Shown here in pieces: positions 11,050-24,799 of a DNA stretch of 64,000 nt (positions are counted from its first letter, which is position 1; every line of letters begins with the position of its first letter). Where the stretch lies: the NCBI GenBank assembly GCA_050575255.1, contig JBNZDD010013604.1, positions 910,641 to 974,640 of the forward strand. The letters run 5' to 3'. Source of the DNA: Harriotta raleighana (Eukaryota). The notes under the pieces were generated by a model. That model was not told the DNA's origin and did no database searches. It worked only from the letters and a program-made list of their open reading frames with translations. The position numbers were made by a program, and so were the translations under genes.

Positions 11050-14000
11050 ACTATTTAACACTATGCACAAAACAACTTGAAGCATATTGACAGCTGAGTT
11101 GCTCATGATAATAATGAGGTTAGTTAAAAAGAACTAAGATATGTCATTATAAAACCTGTACACAAATAACGCAGTATCTGTTACAAAAAGAAAAAAAAAG
11201 TGATACCAGGGAATCGATCAAAGCTGATTTGGGGATTCGGAAAACAATAAAAAAAACGACATCATCTGACCCATGAATTAGATCACTTTCTTGTAATTCA
11301 CTCCTGGACAGCTGTTATTCTTTGTAAAACTGTATTAATTATGTAATCAAATTAATGTCATGTTCTAATGTGAGGCAAGTATATGTTATGGAGCTAAACC
11401 TGATGACATTCCCACTCTCCTGTAGAGAGGTGCAAGTGCAAAGAAAACTCCAAAGAAGTTTGTCACAAAGCAGCTTTTGGTGTGAGAGTTCATAGTTCCC
11501 ACTTGCCCGCTGTCTCAGTTGGATGCACACAACAGTAGATCTAAGAGGTTACGAGAATGGGGAGAACTAGAATAGAAGGAGTAAGTACAAACTTGAAGCA
11601 ACAAGCATATAATAATGAACATATATAGACATTTGCTGTGCTAATCTAAATAACTGGTCACATAGAGCATGCATACCACCAAAAGCTCAACAGAATGAAA
11701 GATGTTCTTGTGAGTCTGTTATGTGGAGAATGCGTACAGTCTTCTATCCCTGAAGACAAAGGGATTTGTCCTTGGCTCATCTTAAGATTGAGTAATGAAT
11801 AGCTCAGTCAGACCTCACAGTCTTTAGAAAGCCACCGATTTTCATGGGGCACCAATTAGGGGCTGTTTCTGCCTCTTAGACCATAGTTGCAAATTCTTGA
11901 GAAAGCTTTGGGAATCATATCACTTGTGAAAACACCGGTTTAGATTTTATCAAGGTATTATTTATTTTGCTTAATACACTAGTTGAAAGATGTGGATGTT
12001 TGATACAAGGAATCAAAATTATTATTCATTTTATTTTATTATGGTAATAATTTTGATGGCTATTAAATACAGAAATTATTTGTTTTAAAACAGCATGTTG
12101 GATTGTTCGCCACAATAAATTCACTTGTCTTTGTAAAAGTAATAAGAGTTCCTATTTAGTTTCAACTAATTTCACAATTTCAGAGTGGAATGTCAGTGGA
12201 TGATTTATCATGCAGAGTGAGCCTAATTTATGCCCTTTGACATTTGCAAGCTAGGGAGTATGGCCATGTTCTCCAAACTTTCTGTTTTTCATTTGCTTTT
12301 TCCATTTTTAATCTATTATTTTGACACTGTTAAATTAAATTACCGGGGGGGGTTCTTGATTTTGCTGTGTGAGAACTTAATAATCCAAAATATATTTTGC
12401 TGCTGTCTATAAATATATTATCAAAATATTTGAATATATATGGCTATGTTCTATTGTATAAGATAGTATTGGCTTCTTTCAACAAACCTACCAAAACATT
12501 TTAAGAAGAATGTCCAATATTTCTTGTTGATTTATTAGTTTATATCTTGTATGGAATTTGTGTACCACATTTTGTGTCTATGAAGGAATTAAATTATTTG
12601 GGGTATTTGGGGAAAGTAGAATGAACATTGTGGCACTTAACTGAGATGCCACTTTTACATGGTGCTTTGGTGTCTCTTAGCTAACAGTAAGAAGGTTGCA
12701 ATTTTTCACTTTTGGCTTTTACGTTATGCATGTATATTAAACCACTGAAACTATAGATAAAGTACTCTTGTCAGGAATACAATAAAGACTCAGAGAAAAA
12801 TTAAGTTACATGCAACCTATTGTAGTTGTAACATGAAAGCTAAAGGTTTTTAGCTGTTCTGTGGAGAATGACCTGCCTTTCATCGTCAACTGTCAAGGCT
12901 GTCAGTAGTTGGTCATTCACAATCTCACTCATTTGCACTTTGATAATATGTACATCGTATCATTGAGAAAGTGGTAAACTGATGTTTTAATCCTTACGTC
13001 CAGATTTTAGGGAATAGGAACATATGATTGGTTGATGGTATAAAAACAAATAAAGAATATATTTACACCTGTTGAGGGCATATTTATAATCTGTTTTACC
13101 ATCAGTTGAATATCAGATGCTGAACAAAGCATGATTTAGCTTGCATACCGTGTAGCAAGCAGCATCCTGCTTAAACAACAGTGAAAGACAAGGCGTGTTA
13201 CATTAGGTATTTTATCCTGTCAGTGTTTGTTTTAGTAGTTCACTTGTTCTCATTCCAAACAATCAATGGTATGGCAATAATCCCTTATACTGTATATGGA
13301 CACTTTCACACTCATTAATGTCATTTAATCCCATTAACAAAACATATGTGGTAATACAAATGGATTAAGTGGCTCTGATATAAGATAGCATCTTTGCAGC
13401 TGTAGATCGCATTTCAATCTAAAATTAATATTAGATACAACAGTACCAGGAAGTATATTTTAAATAGAGCAGAGCAAAGATGACACAATTGAAGATTTCC
13501 ATCTAATGTTTTCAATGAGTGTATCAGGGCGTTTAGAGCAATGTGATAGAGATGACAGTGATCTGATAACAGTTACTCCAGAAAATGGTTCTTAGCAAGT
13601 ACTGTAATTTTATTGTGAAATTAGGGCAGGACACAATAGCTCAGTTCAGCATCAGTCATGTAAATCAAACCAAGATGCATCTTTTTAGTTAAAGTTCCAA
13701 CAGTGATTACAAGGCAACAATTGAGGGGTGTAGAGGATGTCATAAACTGCAAGAGTGAAGATGGAGTGTTTCATAGCTGTCATTGAATTCTGGAAATAGG
13801 TTATAACCTTGAAATTAATCACTGCTGTCTGCTACTTTTCAATAATATGCAATAGTTTAGTCTTATGCAGAAGTTTATTCAATATTGAGTTACATATTAT
13901 GCTCTCAGTGGTTGTCGATGGTGATACCGCCTGTCAGTGACCTGAATGTCATTGAGATTAATGATTGTGACATCATCTCAGCAAGTTCATCAAGAAATAG

Positions 14001-14764
14001 TGCGTGTATTTCAATAAGAGATTATTACCGTTTCATTATGAGATTTCGGTATCTTGGATGTTTCCTTATGAAGTACCTATTTTAAGCCATGTCGATTATC
14101 TGGTGAAATACCTCTTATGTTCTTTGAGCTGCAAATGTGCACTTGCAAGTGTGCTGCGAACAGGAATTCTGATAGTTGGGGCTGCTGGAAAATCATTGTC
14201 TTTCCATTTGCAGTTGAAGCCTGTTAATTGGGATCCCTTAAAGGAAATTAAGGTGCCTTATTTATCAGATTGTTCCCATTAGCCATGCCTTGGTTAATCA
14301 ATGTCAACCATATTCATTTATAAAATGAAAATGGTCTCACAACTGATGAAGTATCACATCGCCTGATGCCAGACTTAATCACAGGAAATGCCATCACATT
14401 GGCATGAATCAGACCTCCATCATGGAAATTACTGGACAGCAGAGGTATGAGTGCTAAAATATAATGATTTCTGTGTATATTTACAAAGAAAACGTAGAAT
14501 GAACTGATAAAAAAAATCTGGATTTTCACAATTTGAATAAGATAGCACTTAGTTCCACATGATTAGATTGACTTGCTGTATAAATCCTTTTTACACCTAT
14601 GTATCAAATAGATGCATGTAACTGTGATATCCTCTGTTGATCAGATATTTGCTCAAGTAATATGGGCTACAAACTACAATGAGCACTTAACTTTGGATCT
14701 ATATAGAGCTTTCAGGTGACCTAGTGACTTAACAGTATAGAGAACCTCTATTAATAAGAATAAT

Positions 14765-14905
14765 AGATCACCAACGTTTCAGATAAAGAAAGCCCTTTGG
14801 CCCATTTGATCACATCCTTCCAGAATACCCACCCACCTCCCCTGTTTTTCCATTATAGCATTAAGCTGTTTCTTGGTTTCAACCGCTGTTCCTGATAATC
14901 CATTG
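14765..14905 (-). mobile_element. CR1 3' UTR fragment
   Basis: AAAGCCCTTTGGCCCATTTG is the antisense of the CR1 3' motif ATGGGCC.AA.GGC.T. Confidence 0.5.
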
Positions 14906-14913
14906 CAGTTATT

Positions 14914-15215
14914 TATAGAAATATAGAATTTTACCGCACAAAAGGAGGCCATTCGGCCCATTGAGTCTGTGCCGGGTCTTTGAAATCAATCCCACTCCCC
15001 AGCTCTTTCCCCGTAACCCCATAAACTCGTCCTCCCCAAGTAACCATTCACCTCTCTTTAAAAAGTTATCAAATCGGCCTCCACCACCCTTACAGGCAAT
15101 GCATTCCAGATTCGAACAACTCGCTACGTATAGTACCCTCGGATAAGTAAATATTTTCTGGTATCCGTCTTGCAATTGTCTGTCGAGAAACTACTTTCTC
15201 TTTTCGAATAACATC
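14914..15215 (-). mobile_element. CR1 (shark HER1-like) LINE 3' end
   Basis: Reverse complement has AATGGGCCGAATGGCCTCCTTTTGTGCGGTAAAATTCTATATTTCTAT and an upstream RVVRIWNALPVRVVEA frame. Confidence 0.85.
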
Positions 15216-15228
15216 ATAATAAGAACAT

Positions 15229-15362
15229 GTGGAGTCCTGGAGATCAGTGGTTAGAGCACTCGCTTTGCAAGAAAGAGACCTGGGTTCTATTCCCGGCAGG
15301 ATGAAACCTTGGGCAAGTTTCCTTACTCCACACGCCTGATGATAATCCCTCAAGAAAAAAAA
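15229..15362 (+). mobile_element. tRNA(Ala)-derived SINE, 5' half
   Basis: GTGGAGTCCTG..CAGTGGTTAGAGCACTCGCTTTGCAAG..GGGTTCTATTCC (A and B boxes), then GGGCAAGTTTCCTTACTCCAC. Confidence 0.9.
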
Positions 15363-17709
15363 CACTACAGCTTCAAGTCATAAAAGCTTTACTATTCTGT
15401 GATAACAAAATTGTTTTTATAGCATCCTGTATTCCAAAATCTCAAAGTGCTTTGCACTAATCAATGTCAAGTTTAGCTATTTTTTTTTGTAGAGATAGAA
15501 TGCCTTGAATGTCCTATGCTGGACATGGAGTGCCTTATAGCGTATTATACCTTATCTCTATATTTGCCCTTTTTAAGTATGCAAGTATTTAAGTATGTAA
15601 ACTAACATTCCTGTAAATAGTTGGAGATAACTTTACAATGTCATTTAAGAATCAGAAAAGGCATCGGACAATACTCAAATATGAGTCAAATTGAACTGAA
15701 CATAAATATCAGCTTTTCTTTAATGTTGTGCTTTGAATGTGCTTGCAACATCTTTAGTGTCATGTCCTAGTCTAACTACAAAAATGCTTCTGAATTCAGC
15801 AATAAATTATACATTAAACTGCTGGTGTCTGGGGACAATTTACAGTGACTCTTGTCTACATCAGAATATTTAGCCATGTTTGTACCTACATTAACTTTTC
15901 AAAGTCCTCAGTGGAATGTACCCTTTTAGTCTTCATTAAGATCACTTCACATTAAATAGTTATGTATGTGCTCAGTTCAGAGAGGTTCTATGCATTATAA
16001 AGTGTTGCTTGGATCACAGCCACATACAGATTCATCAGTTAAACTGTAACTATTGTAGCATTATAACAAAGCTGTAAAATTAAATCTATTCTGTAATTAT
16101 CACAGCCAAAAGCTTCGAAATTTTGTTTGTATCCAAGATCAGAGTCAAACAATTTCCCTTTACAGATGTTATGTTTATCATCTGAAGACAGCTTTAAAAT
16201 GTTATGTGATCAATGTGAGTTGCTGTGGGGTTAAAGTTTGCTTTTTTCCACTGTCAAACATATTGATCATTTTATTCTATTTGCTATTTCTGAGTTCAAT
16301 ATACCTTGCCAGTCGATGAGCAAGATTGAGAGTGTATCCCTTTTTGTCCGCTTGTTGTGTTTCATCCTCCAGATCCGAGATACTTTTTTTGATTAATCGC
16401 AAATGCTGCGGGGTCAGAGCTAGCGAATCTGTTTGTGAAGTCAGCTGATGTTGTCAGATAAATGTCTTAAGCTTAGCCAGGGTTCATGCCCCTAGCTTTA
16501 GGCTGTGCCAAATGTCTCCCCTTGTTGAAAAAGATAACAGCTACACTAGAGGCGACTGTGGTGTTTATCCACAGGGAGGGCTGACCCTTCCATATGGGAC
16601 TTTGCCATAGTGAAAGAATTAGTGCAGATTTTTCTCTTCCAATGCTACAAATGTTTAAACCACAGAATGCTTTTGTGTCATTGAGTGTTTCTCTTAATCT
16701 TTTAAAGACCTCCAGTAGCTTCTCTATAACAGTTGTGTTAAAATGGATAAATTGGCACAACTAAATTGAGTCAGAGAATTAACATTTTTTACAAAAAAAT
16801 CCTCAAACTATCCTCATATTTTTTAATTATAGTTGATGATAACTGTGAAGAATTTTTTGTTTTTCAAATAATTGAAAATGCACCGTATAAAGAGACAGCA
16901 ATGCTAGATTAATGTCTTTTTAAGGCGTTATCACTGTAGACACATTTTCTTTCACATGACATCTAAAAACAATTTCAGTGATTTCATAATATTGAATATT
17001 AAAGGACTGAATAGAAGTATCAAGAAATGCAGGATATTCCTTAATTCAAAAGTATTCTATTAACTATCTCAAAAGTTGTAATCTGGTTGTAGTTTTTAAT
17101 TCTAATTATTTTGGAAGAGTAATCCAACTGCTTAGTCCTCAAAGGATTAATGGAACTGGATATAGTATTATCTTTCCTGTGTACTGTTCATACATATGTA
17201 TATTTCTTTGAATCAGACATAATGCAGCATTTTAAGAAACGTACATTTTTATAAAGTGTGTCAATTTGAGAAGCTTGTGGTCATGGTAACATCATGGTAA
17301 GCTAATTTGACAATCTGTTTCTTAAAGTCTAAAATTTAGATATTTAAATTTATTAACTGAGTTTATGACAATTACTAACAACTTCAATTTGAATGTAATG
17401 ACATTTTACAAGGTTCTAAATATTTTTAAATAATCTTTAATAGGAATTTACGTCGAGGCAACGACAACTTTGCCAGGATATTGTCTTGAGGCGCTGAATC
17501 ACACCCAAACATAAGGTGGAAATATTTTGAAATCAGAATAAAAACAGCAATAATCCATCAGTAACATTATTATTACATTAATTAAACAGGGTGACCTTCT
17601 GAGATTCTGTGTATTTTAAGAAAATGCTTTATTAATTTTCTTATTTGAGCGTGAATCAAATGTTTATAACTACAATTCAAAAGGTGGGAGTACCCTGAGG
17701 CCTGTCTCA

Positions 17710-18530
17710 CATTTCAATAGCTTGTATATATGTTGCGTCCTTCGAGCAGCTATCTTCTCGAAGAGTTACAGGGTGGTGGGGTTGATCGCAAGCAAGGAGG
17801 GAAGGGAGAAGACCAAAAGCATAGTCGGAAGAGGTCGTAGATTTAGTGACAAAATGTTGTTGTTTTTTTAAATGCTTATTATTCCTGGAAAAGCAATCCA
17901 TCAATCGACTAACAACTGGGTTCCTAGTTATTGTTAGGTAAAGAGAGGCCTGTGGAGTAAAGAAACTTGCCCAACGTTCCGCCCTGCCTGGGAATCAAAC
18001 CCAGGACCATCGTTTGCGAGGCCAGTGCTCTATCCACTGAGCTACAGTACTGCACGAATAGTGGGATGCAAGTAGGTCAAAAAAGTGCAGATTTGTCTGT
18101 TAGGGTGAGGATTGAAATTGATCCATTCAGAGATTGGGAGCCAGTGCAGCTTTCAAGAATTGGAGTGATGGGTGGACGGATTCGGTACATGGTGGTGGAG
18201 TTTTGCCGATAATGGAACTGGGGAGACCAATTTCATAAATTAAGGCAAAAGGTGTCAAGGATGAGGGTTTCGCCAATATTCGGGTGAGTTAGTGTCGGAC
18301 ATGCACTTAATATGGATATATGTGGGGTATTCATTTTCACTGGCTATTATTTGCACCTTTAACCAAACCAAATTGTGACACATTTTCTCAAGGTCACTTT
18401 TAAAAAAATAAAGCAGCTTGATTGTTTGCATTTCGAATGTTAGTAAAGAAATAATAGAGCCCATGTTGGGATTGGGCTTGCAAACATTTGATTCATTTTC
18501 AAATAACACCCTTATATTAGTAACAATTAA
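17710..18530 (-). mobile_element. L2 LINE 3' region, decayed, interrupted by a SINE
   Basis: Reverse complement gives VTNIRVLFENE (VRNLGVIFD-like) and ITPILES(L)HWLPISE.INF.ILTLT across frameshifts. Confidence 0.7.
17834..18055 (-). mobile_element. tRNA-SINE, long subfamily, 3'-truncated
   Basis: tRNA head plus the extra core CCTCTCTTTACCTAACAATAACTAGGAACCCAGTTGTTAGTCGATTG. Confidence 0.85.
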
Positions 18531-19807
18531 TAAAGATAAATTTGTAAGCAAGCTTCTTAACAGCTAGGCAACATCGATATTTTGGAGCCTCTGCTGAAAA
18601 GTACAGCTCCACTCAGGGCTGCATATAACAGTATTTGAGCTTTATTCCCCATTGGATTCTGACAGCTAGCTGGGTAAGTAATATTGTGGTCTATATAATG
18701 TGAGCAAATGTGTACTTATAATGTTGGAAACAAACATTTTCATGATTGAAATCCAGTGGATTATTCACCAATTGAAGAGAAATGGTTAACTGGACAACTG
18801 AGAGGCTAAGCCATCACTCTGCAAAGAGAGGGTAATACATGCAGCACTTTTAGAGAAATGGATGTAGAAAAACTGTGGCTGTAGTTTAATGTCCTTACAT
18901 TAAAAATGTCAATGGGAGGGAGGTGTCATCATGTTCACATCAGCAGAATTATATTTCTCCTTATAGTGTACAATTCGACATGTTTGGCACAAGTTTTCAA
19001 AGAAACCACAGCAAGCAATAAATATTGGCTGTTTTCATACCTTTAAATATGATGACCATTACTTGGCCAGTAACTCAAGAGATCAGTTTTAATGTATTCA
19101 TAACTTTCCATGAAGCTGTAATGTCATTTACACACTTGATGTTTCGCAGATGTTGTGAAAATTCCATTTGATAAGCTAAACTGGAGTTAGTGTAGTGCAT
19201 CTCCTTTCACAATATTCTGTAATTGTGAGAACCAAAGGGAGATGCCCATGATGCAGTAAAGCACAAAGAATAGCAAAGATATGATTTAGGAGGAAATGCT
19301 TATTGGAGGCCAGCCATGGGTTCTGTTAAATAAAATTATAAATTGTAAGAGGAGGCAGGTGAGAAGTGAGATGGTGGGAAAAAACTGTTAGAGTTGAAAA
19401 TATTGCAATGAGTTTTGATTTCCACACAGGATACTGGGAAGGTGACAAATGCCATATTAATATAATAAAGACACGAAAGGTTCTAGCCAGTTGAGAAAAG
19501 ATGGAGGCAAGCAGAGAGCAAAAAAATCATCTACCTTCCTGACAAGTTTATCCAAGCACATAAGAGATTCCTCAGGTTTAGAACTAGAATTTAGATCTTG
19601 AATTAACTGGAACTTTATTTAAAGGCTAAGAGTTAATGTTAGGAGAGAGGTAAGTAAATGTTCAGCATTGAGGAGGAAGCAAAGCCTCTTGCAGATTACT
19701 TTCCAATTGAGAAACAAATGAAAATTCCTTTTGAAGTGGGAAGTAAGTAGTAAAAGCCAAACGTTTAATGGACAAAGAAGCATTAAGAATGGAGCAATTC
19801 TAATATG

Positions 19808-20113
19808 ATAATATAATAACTCTTACATTTGATATAGCACTTTTCATGTCTTCTAGGCATCTGATTGCGCTTCACAGAATAAAGTGAATTGACTGTATAT
19901 TTTGGGATGAAATGTGGCAGCCAATTGTGCACAGCCGTGTCCTACAAACAGTCGTGGATTGAAGTGACAATTTTTTTTGTATGTTTTTCTTGAGGGATTA
20001 TTAGTAGGCGTGTGGAGTAAGGGAACTCGTCCAAAGTTTTGCCCTCCCGGGAATCAAACCCAGGACTCTTGCTTGAGTAGCGAGTGATCTCACCACTGAA
20101 TTACAGGATGCCA
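19808..20113 (-). mobile_element. tRNA-SINE, full length, short subfamily
   Basis: Complete antisense copy with head, GTGCACAATTGGCTGCC core, tail and (ATT)n end. Confidence 0.92.
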
Positions 20114-20429
20114 ATTGATAGATGAAGTGGGAGCTATTGGTCAGACTTGCAAAGAAATTGTGTCCATGACAAATTACTGGGTACTCCTTCAGATATGAAT
20201 AGACACTAAGCTGATGGTAAAAGAATAAATTGAAGATGAACTGTTAAAAAATGTGATAGCAGTAACAATAAACTGTAGAGTTATGCACAGATAGAACGTC
20301 TCAATAGGCAACTAGACAGCTAAGAGCATTGGTTTAGTGGCAGATCACCAAACTGATACCAGCTTGCTTGGAAATACACAGTGACGTGTTTTGTCACCCC
20401 TCAGATATATCTGAACCTTTTGACAGGCT

Positions 20430-20608
20430 TGTAAAGTGAATTTACTGTATGTTTTGTGGGTGAAACATGGCAGCCAATTGCCCATAACGCAACTCGCGGA
20501 ATTAAGTGACCAAATTATTATTTATTTTTAAGGGATTATTACACCAGGAAATTCAATCCGCTAATCGACTGACAACTGGATTGACTACTTACTGCTGGGT
20601 AAAAAGAT
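20430..20608 (-). mobile_element. tRNA-SINE, long subfamily, internal fragment
   Basis: GTAAAGTGAATTTACTGTA..GGCAGCCAATTG..AATCGACTGACAACTGG..CTTACTGCTGGGTAAA. Confidence 0.8.
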
Positions 20609-21809
20609 GTAGCTTTTGATGTAGCTTCTGTGATTTTAGATGTAAAGAATTAAATGTTGGTATGTTGGTAATTTAAGGATAAGAAGAATTATGCTTTTGA
20701 GTGGTAGGGGGAAATTGAGCACATTCCAAAGAGAGGAATAGATGGTCTGGGACAGGAGTCAAGTGCACCAAGATGCTTTCTGGAGTGGAGAATGCTATAT
20801 AAGTGGAAGTTGTTGTCATTGTCAGTTCAGAGCCATATTCAGAGGGATTTGGTCAATAGCTGAGAATCAAATATGCAATTGAAGTGGCGAGGATAAAACT
20901 TGATGTTGATCTGAGTAGGACAACACAGTGGAATGATGGTCATATCAGTCATATTAGTATTAGTAGTGTTAAAAGAAAAAGTGACCGATAAAGACAGTTG
21001 GCTTTCTAGAAAGGATAGCGACTGAACAGTCAACATGGAAACAGTCAACATGGAATAGTGCTGAAAAGGATATTTCACAGAAGTTTGCCTGTATAAGTGG
21101 ACTTGCTTGAAGTGAAGTACCCAAATCAGAGAGATTTCTTTGTCTGATACTGGAAATTCAGGCTGCTGCAGCATCTGTGTTACCTGAAGTTTTGTATACG
21201 TCTGTATAGTACAGCTGAGGAATTGTTACACTTGCTGAAATGTTCTCATTGTCAGATGTGAAGATTTCAGCTGCTTGGCATGAAAACCAAAACCTTTGAA
21301 GAAGTCTTTTAAAATAAAATCATACTGCATCACTGTCTGTCACTATAAAAAATAAAACTGACTAGTAGGAATAAAAATAAGTATTGGCTGTCCATACTCT
21401 TCTCTCAGAGTAGAAATCTTTGCTTCATGAGTTCTGAAGTACTCCGTAATAATAGGACAAGGCTGGAAGGACTGACAGGCACTCTTAGTCTGAAGTAGAA
21501 AATATATGCTGGTCCATCAAAGATGGTTTGACACAATAGGAAGACCCATTTTGCAGAGGACAGATTACTTGCAGGATATATACACTATTTCAGATGTCTG
21601 TCCTAAAGGACAAATATTCATTACAATTATTTCCTAGCCTTGAATTTTAACTTTAATATGTATTATTATATAGTTAACCTTAATCTTGTGTTTGTCTGTG
21701 AGATGAATGGTTATTTTCTATCAGCCTCATTTTTATTTGCCCTGTTTGTGTGCAGTTTAATATTTATGTTGTAAATCCTCTTCTAGAAGTGGTTCTGTAA
21801 ACCCCTTGT

Positions 21810-21985
21810 GCTGGAATCATATCAATTACAGCCCATCAAGCCACTGCTGCTATTATCTACTCCACTGGAGCTTTATACACTAAACCCAATTCTTCACACT
21901 TCTCCATGCCCAATTAGAGAATCATACAAATTGCAGCGCATAAGGAATATACTGCATTTGGCCCATCAAGCCGTTAATGTGGAAT
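21810..21985 (-). mobile_element. Two CR1 3' UTR stubs
   Basis: GAATCATA..GCCCATCAAGCC occurs twice. Confidence 0.5.
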
Positions 21986-22667
21986 CCTGACACTTGCAAT
22001 GGTACATCTTCGGTCACTCATTTCGTAACTATTTTGTAGAGCAGTTGTGTGAAATAGAGCAACAATCATGTCTGAGCATGTACCTCATGTCTATGACTAA
22101 AAGAGATTATGAGACAGATTTTTTTAAAACATTTATCTTCAACTTGTAAATTTTATTTTGTATATAATTAAATCTGACAGAAATGTAATCCTTGTACTGT
22201 AATGGTTTACAGAGTGCAGTGTAAGGTATCTTTATTTGGTAAACTGGGGGGTTCTTGTCATCTGCATGCTCCAACTCCACCATCTCTCCCTGTCGTCTTG
22301 TGTTCAATCCATCCAATCTGCCTGGCAGTCTAAAAACTCTATAGATCCATTTTGTCTAGTTTATTGGTGGTCTCCTACCTTTGTAGTCTTCTAAGTCTTC
22401 TGTTTCTCTTTATAATAATCTTGGGGAAGGAGAGGGAATTAGATTATATTTGTTTTTCCATGGACATTGAGTGCAGTAACAACAGCATAAGTTTATGACT
22501 GTGGACCCAAAGGATGATTATTTGCCTTTAAGTGCTCGTTTTTAATAACAAAAGGTCTAAATGATTGTCAATAGCAAAAACTTGAGCCCAGGTATATGTG
22601 GGAATTCTATTAACATGCATAGTTGTAGCAGGAGAACCTTATGTTTACTGTATATAACTTTACTTTT

Positions 22668-22736
22668 ACAACAACAACAAATTACATTTGTACACATTTT
22701 GTATATTTCACGTTGAGTGGACGCCCCAAGGCGCTG
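22668..22736 (-). mobile_element. L2 tail-only stub
   Basis: (CAA)n AATTACATTT..TTTCACGTTGAGTGGACGCCCCAAGGCGCTG. Confidence 0.8.
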
Positions 22737-23069
22737 GGGAATTTAAACTAATGAGAATTGTTATAGAGAATATTGATGGTAATGCACTATAACGAGACAC
22801 GGTGCTTCATTTACAAGGTAAATAAGTGCTGAAATTGGAAACTGATGTACCTGAAATCATCTTAAAATTCTTGTTTTTAAAAATAAATTTTTGTAACTAG
22901 TTGAGTTCTTCACAAAGACTCTTTGTGAAGTTGGCCTCCTTACAGACAGCCTAGCTTTGGATGAAGTCAAATGGCAGGGCCTGATAATGAGTCTGTTGGG
23001 TTTGTCACTGTATTGTAAGAAATAGGTTGCTTTGCTACATTGAAAAAATCAGTTGAGTTTAGATCCCCA

Positions 23070-23345
23070 GACATCATGCTCAAGCTGTGCAGTGGTCTTG
23101 TGACTCTTCCACTGAAGCTTCTGCTAGCTCTCCACTGGAGCTAACTGCTCAACCCAATTCCCTGCTCTTTCCCCTGCACGTTTGTATTCTTCAAATGTTT
23201 ATCCAATTCTCTTTGTTATGTTATAGTTTCAGCTTCAAAACTCACTTGTGGCAAAGCATTCCATGTTCCAAAAAATCTGCTGCATAAAATCTTTAACTCT
23301 TCAGTAGCAATCCTGAATTTATGTCTTGTTACTAATTTCCCAATT
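23070..23345 (-). mobile_element. CR1 3' end, decayed
   Basis: CCTGCTCTTTCCCC..TTTATCCAATTCTC..GGCAAAGCATTCCA pattern, as in other CR1 3' ends in the window. Confidence 0.6.
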
Positions 23346-23484
23346 TGGCTTCGCTCATTCAGATTATCTTGTGCATAATGTCACCATCTACCACGACCCT
23401 ATCAATATTAATTAAGACGTGTGTCCATGTTTAAGTCATTATTCTATTGTATGATTTTAAATAGCTTCTAACTACTGTTAGTTT

Positions 23485-23814
23485 GTGGAGCTCCTGTAGC
23501 TCAGTGGTTAGAGCACTCGCCTTACATGCCTTACAAGTATGAAACCTGTGTTCGAATCCAGGCAGATCAGGGCGAAACTTTGGACAAGTTTCCTTACTCC
23601 ACATGCCTAATAATAATCCCTCCAAAAAAAACACAATAATAAAATTGGTCATTTCAATCCATGACTGTCTGTGGGACTCTGCTGTGCGCAATTGGCTGCC
23701 GCATTCCGCCCACAAATATACAGTCAATTCACTTTGCAGTATATTCTGTGAAACGCTTTGGGACATTGATAAGATGTGAAAAGCGCTATATCAAATACAA
23801 GGATTATTATTATA
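23485..23814 (+). mobile_element. tRNA-SINE, full length
   Basis: A box TAGCTCAGTGG, B box GTTCGAATCC, GCCTTACA duplication in the anticodon arm, core, L2-type tail and (ATT)n end. Confidence 0.95.
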
Positions 23815-24187
23815 GTTGTCAATAAAATATTATGGAGAACAGCTATACTTTTATACCACATTTTAATAGAATGATTAACCATGTCAAATTGTCCATCGCT
23901 ATAGCTTGATATCAAAGCTATATGTACATACCTCGTATATGTACGTATTAAAGTAAAATTGGCCATAACTTGCTTAAATAAATGTAAACACGGTACTGGC
24001 TTAAAAATGAAATGTTGAATCAAGTTTAATGTTAGTCAAGAAGTTTCTAATACATGTTTTTAATATTTGAATTTAGCACAACTTGGGTTGTGTAGTTTAC
24101 TCATTCTTTACTTATTATACATGTCAATTTATTATAAATCCAAACCAAGGACACAGAACAATAATCTACTGCCGCGAGGCACAGTCA

Positions 24188-24259
24188 TATCAGTTGCAGA
24201 ACAAACTGAAATTCTCTGTGCCAGATTAGAATTACAGTTTGTTCTACAGAAAATTGATA
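24188..24259. repeat. 72 nt hairpin (inverted repeat)
   Basis: AGAACAAACTGAAATTCT pairs with AGAATTACAGTTTGTTCT at 17 of 18 positions around a 12 nt loop. The stem extends with TATCAGT/ATTGATA. Confidence 0.85.
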
Positions 24260-24799
24260 CACCTTTCATTAGAAAGGGCACATTTTTCACCTTGGTACAA
24301 CCTCGTACCACAACCCTGCTGTGTAAAATAGGTAAATATCGTGTAACCTATTTGCTCTACCTCAAACACTCTGTTCCTGTAACAATGACACATGTATTTG
24401 GATAATAACAGAGCAGGGTAAGCCAAATCCCTCCAAGGTCTTCATATCAAACATTTTCACTTAGGTACACATGACATTTTATGCATTTGGCAGAAACGTG
24501 TTCCTCAATAAATAACAAAGGGCAAAAGACAAGGCTGGCTGTGTTTATGGAACAGTAATACTCTTTTCTAGGTTGGTTTTTAGACATCATCTATAATGCA
24601 ATAAAGGCCTCAATTAAAGTAGATTATACTTGTATTAAATAGATTTCATTAAATATATGCAATAAATAGAAAAAGCAGGCTACAGTCCATGATAATTTTC
24701 TTAATTAATTAAATAATTATTAAATAATTTTACGGCTGCATGGTTTGTGGTGGACTTCCATGTCATAACAAGAGCGCTAACTGCTGTAAGCGCTAACTT

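Noticed and set aside
21026-21056. 15 bp tandem duplication AACAGTCAACATGGA (similar ones at about 8208-8261 and 25026-25063)
   Set aside because: Ordinary slippage duplications with only two units and no spacers.
22107-22330. Minus-strand DDKNPPVY resembling the cadherin DxNDNxPxF motif
   Set aside because: The match is short, with no other cadherin motifs and no convincing splice donor.
22908-22930. Perfect 11 bp-arm palindrome CTTCACAAAGA-C-TCTTTGTGAAG
   Set aside because: Short enough to arise by chance in 64 kb of AT-rich DNA, with no supporting context.
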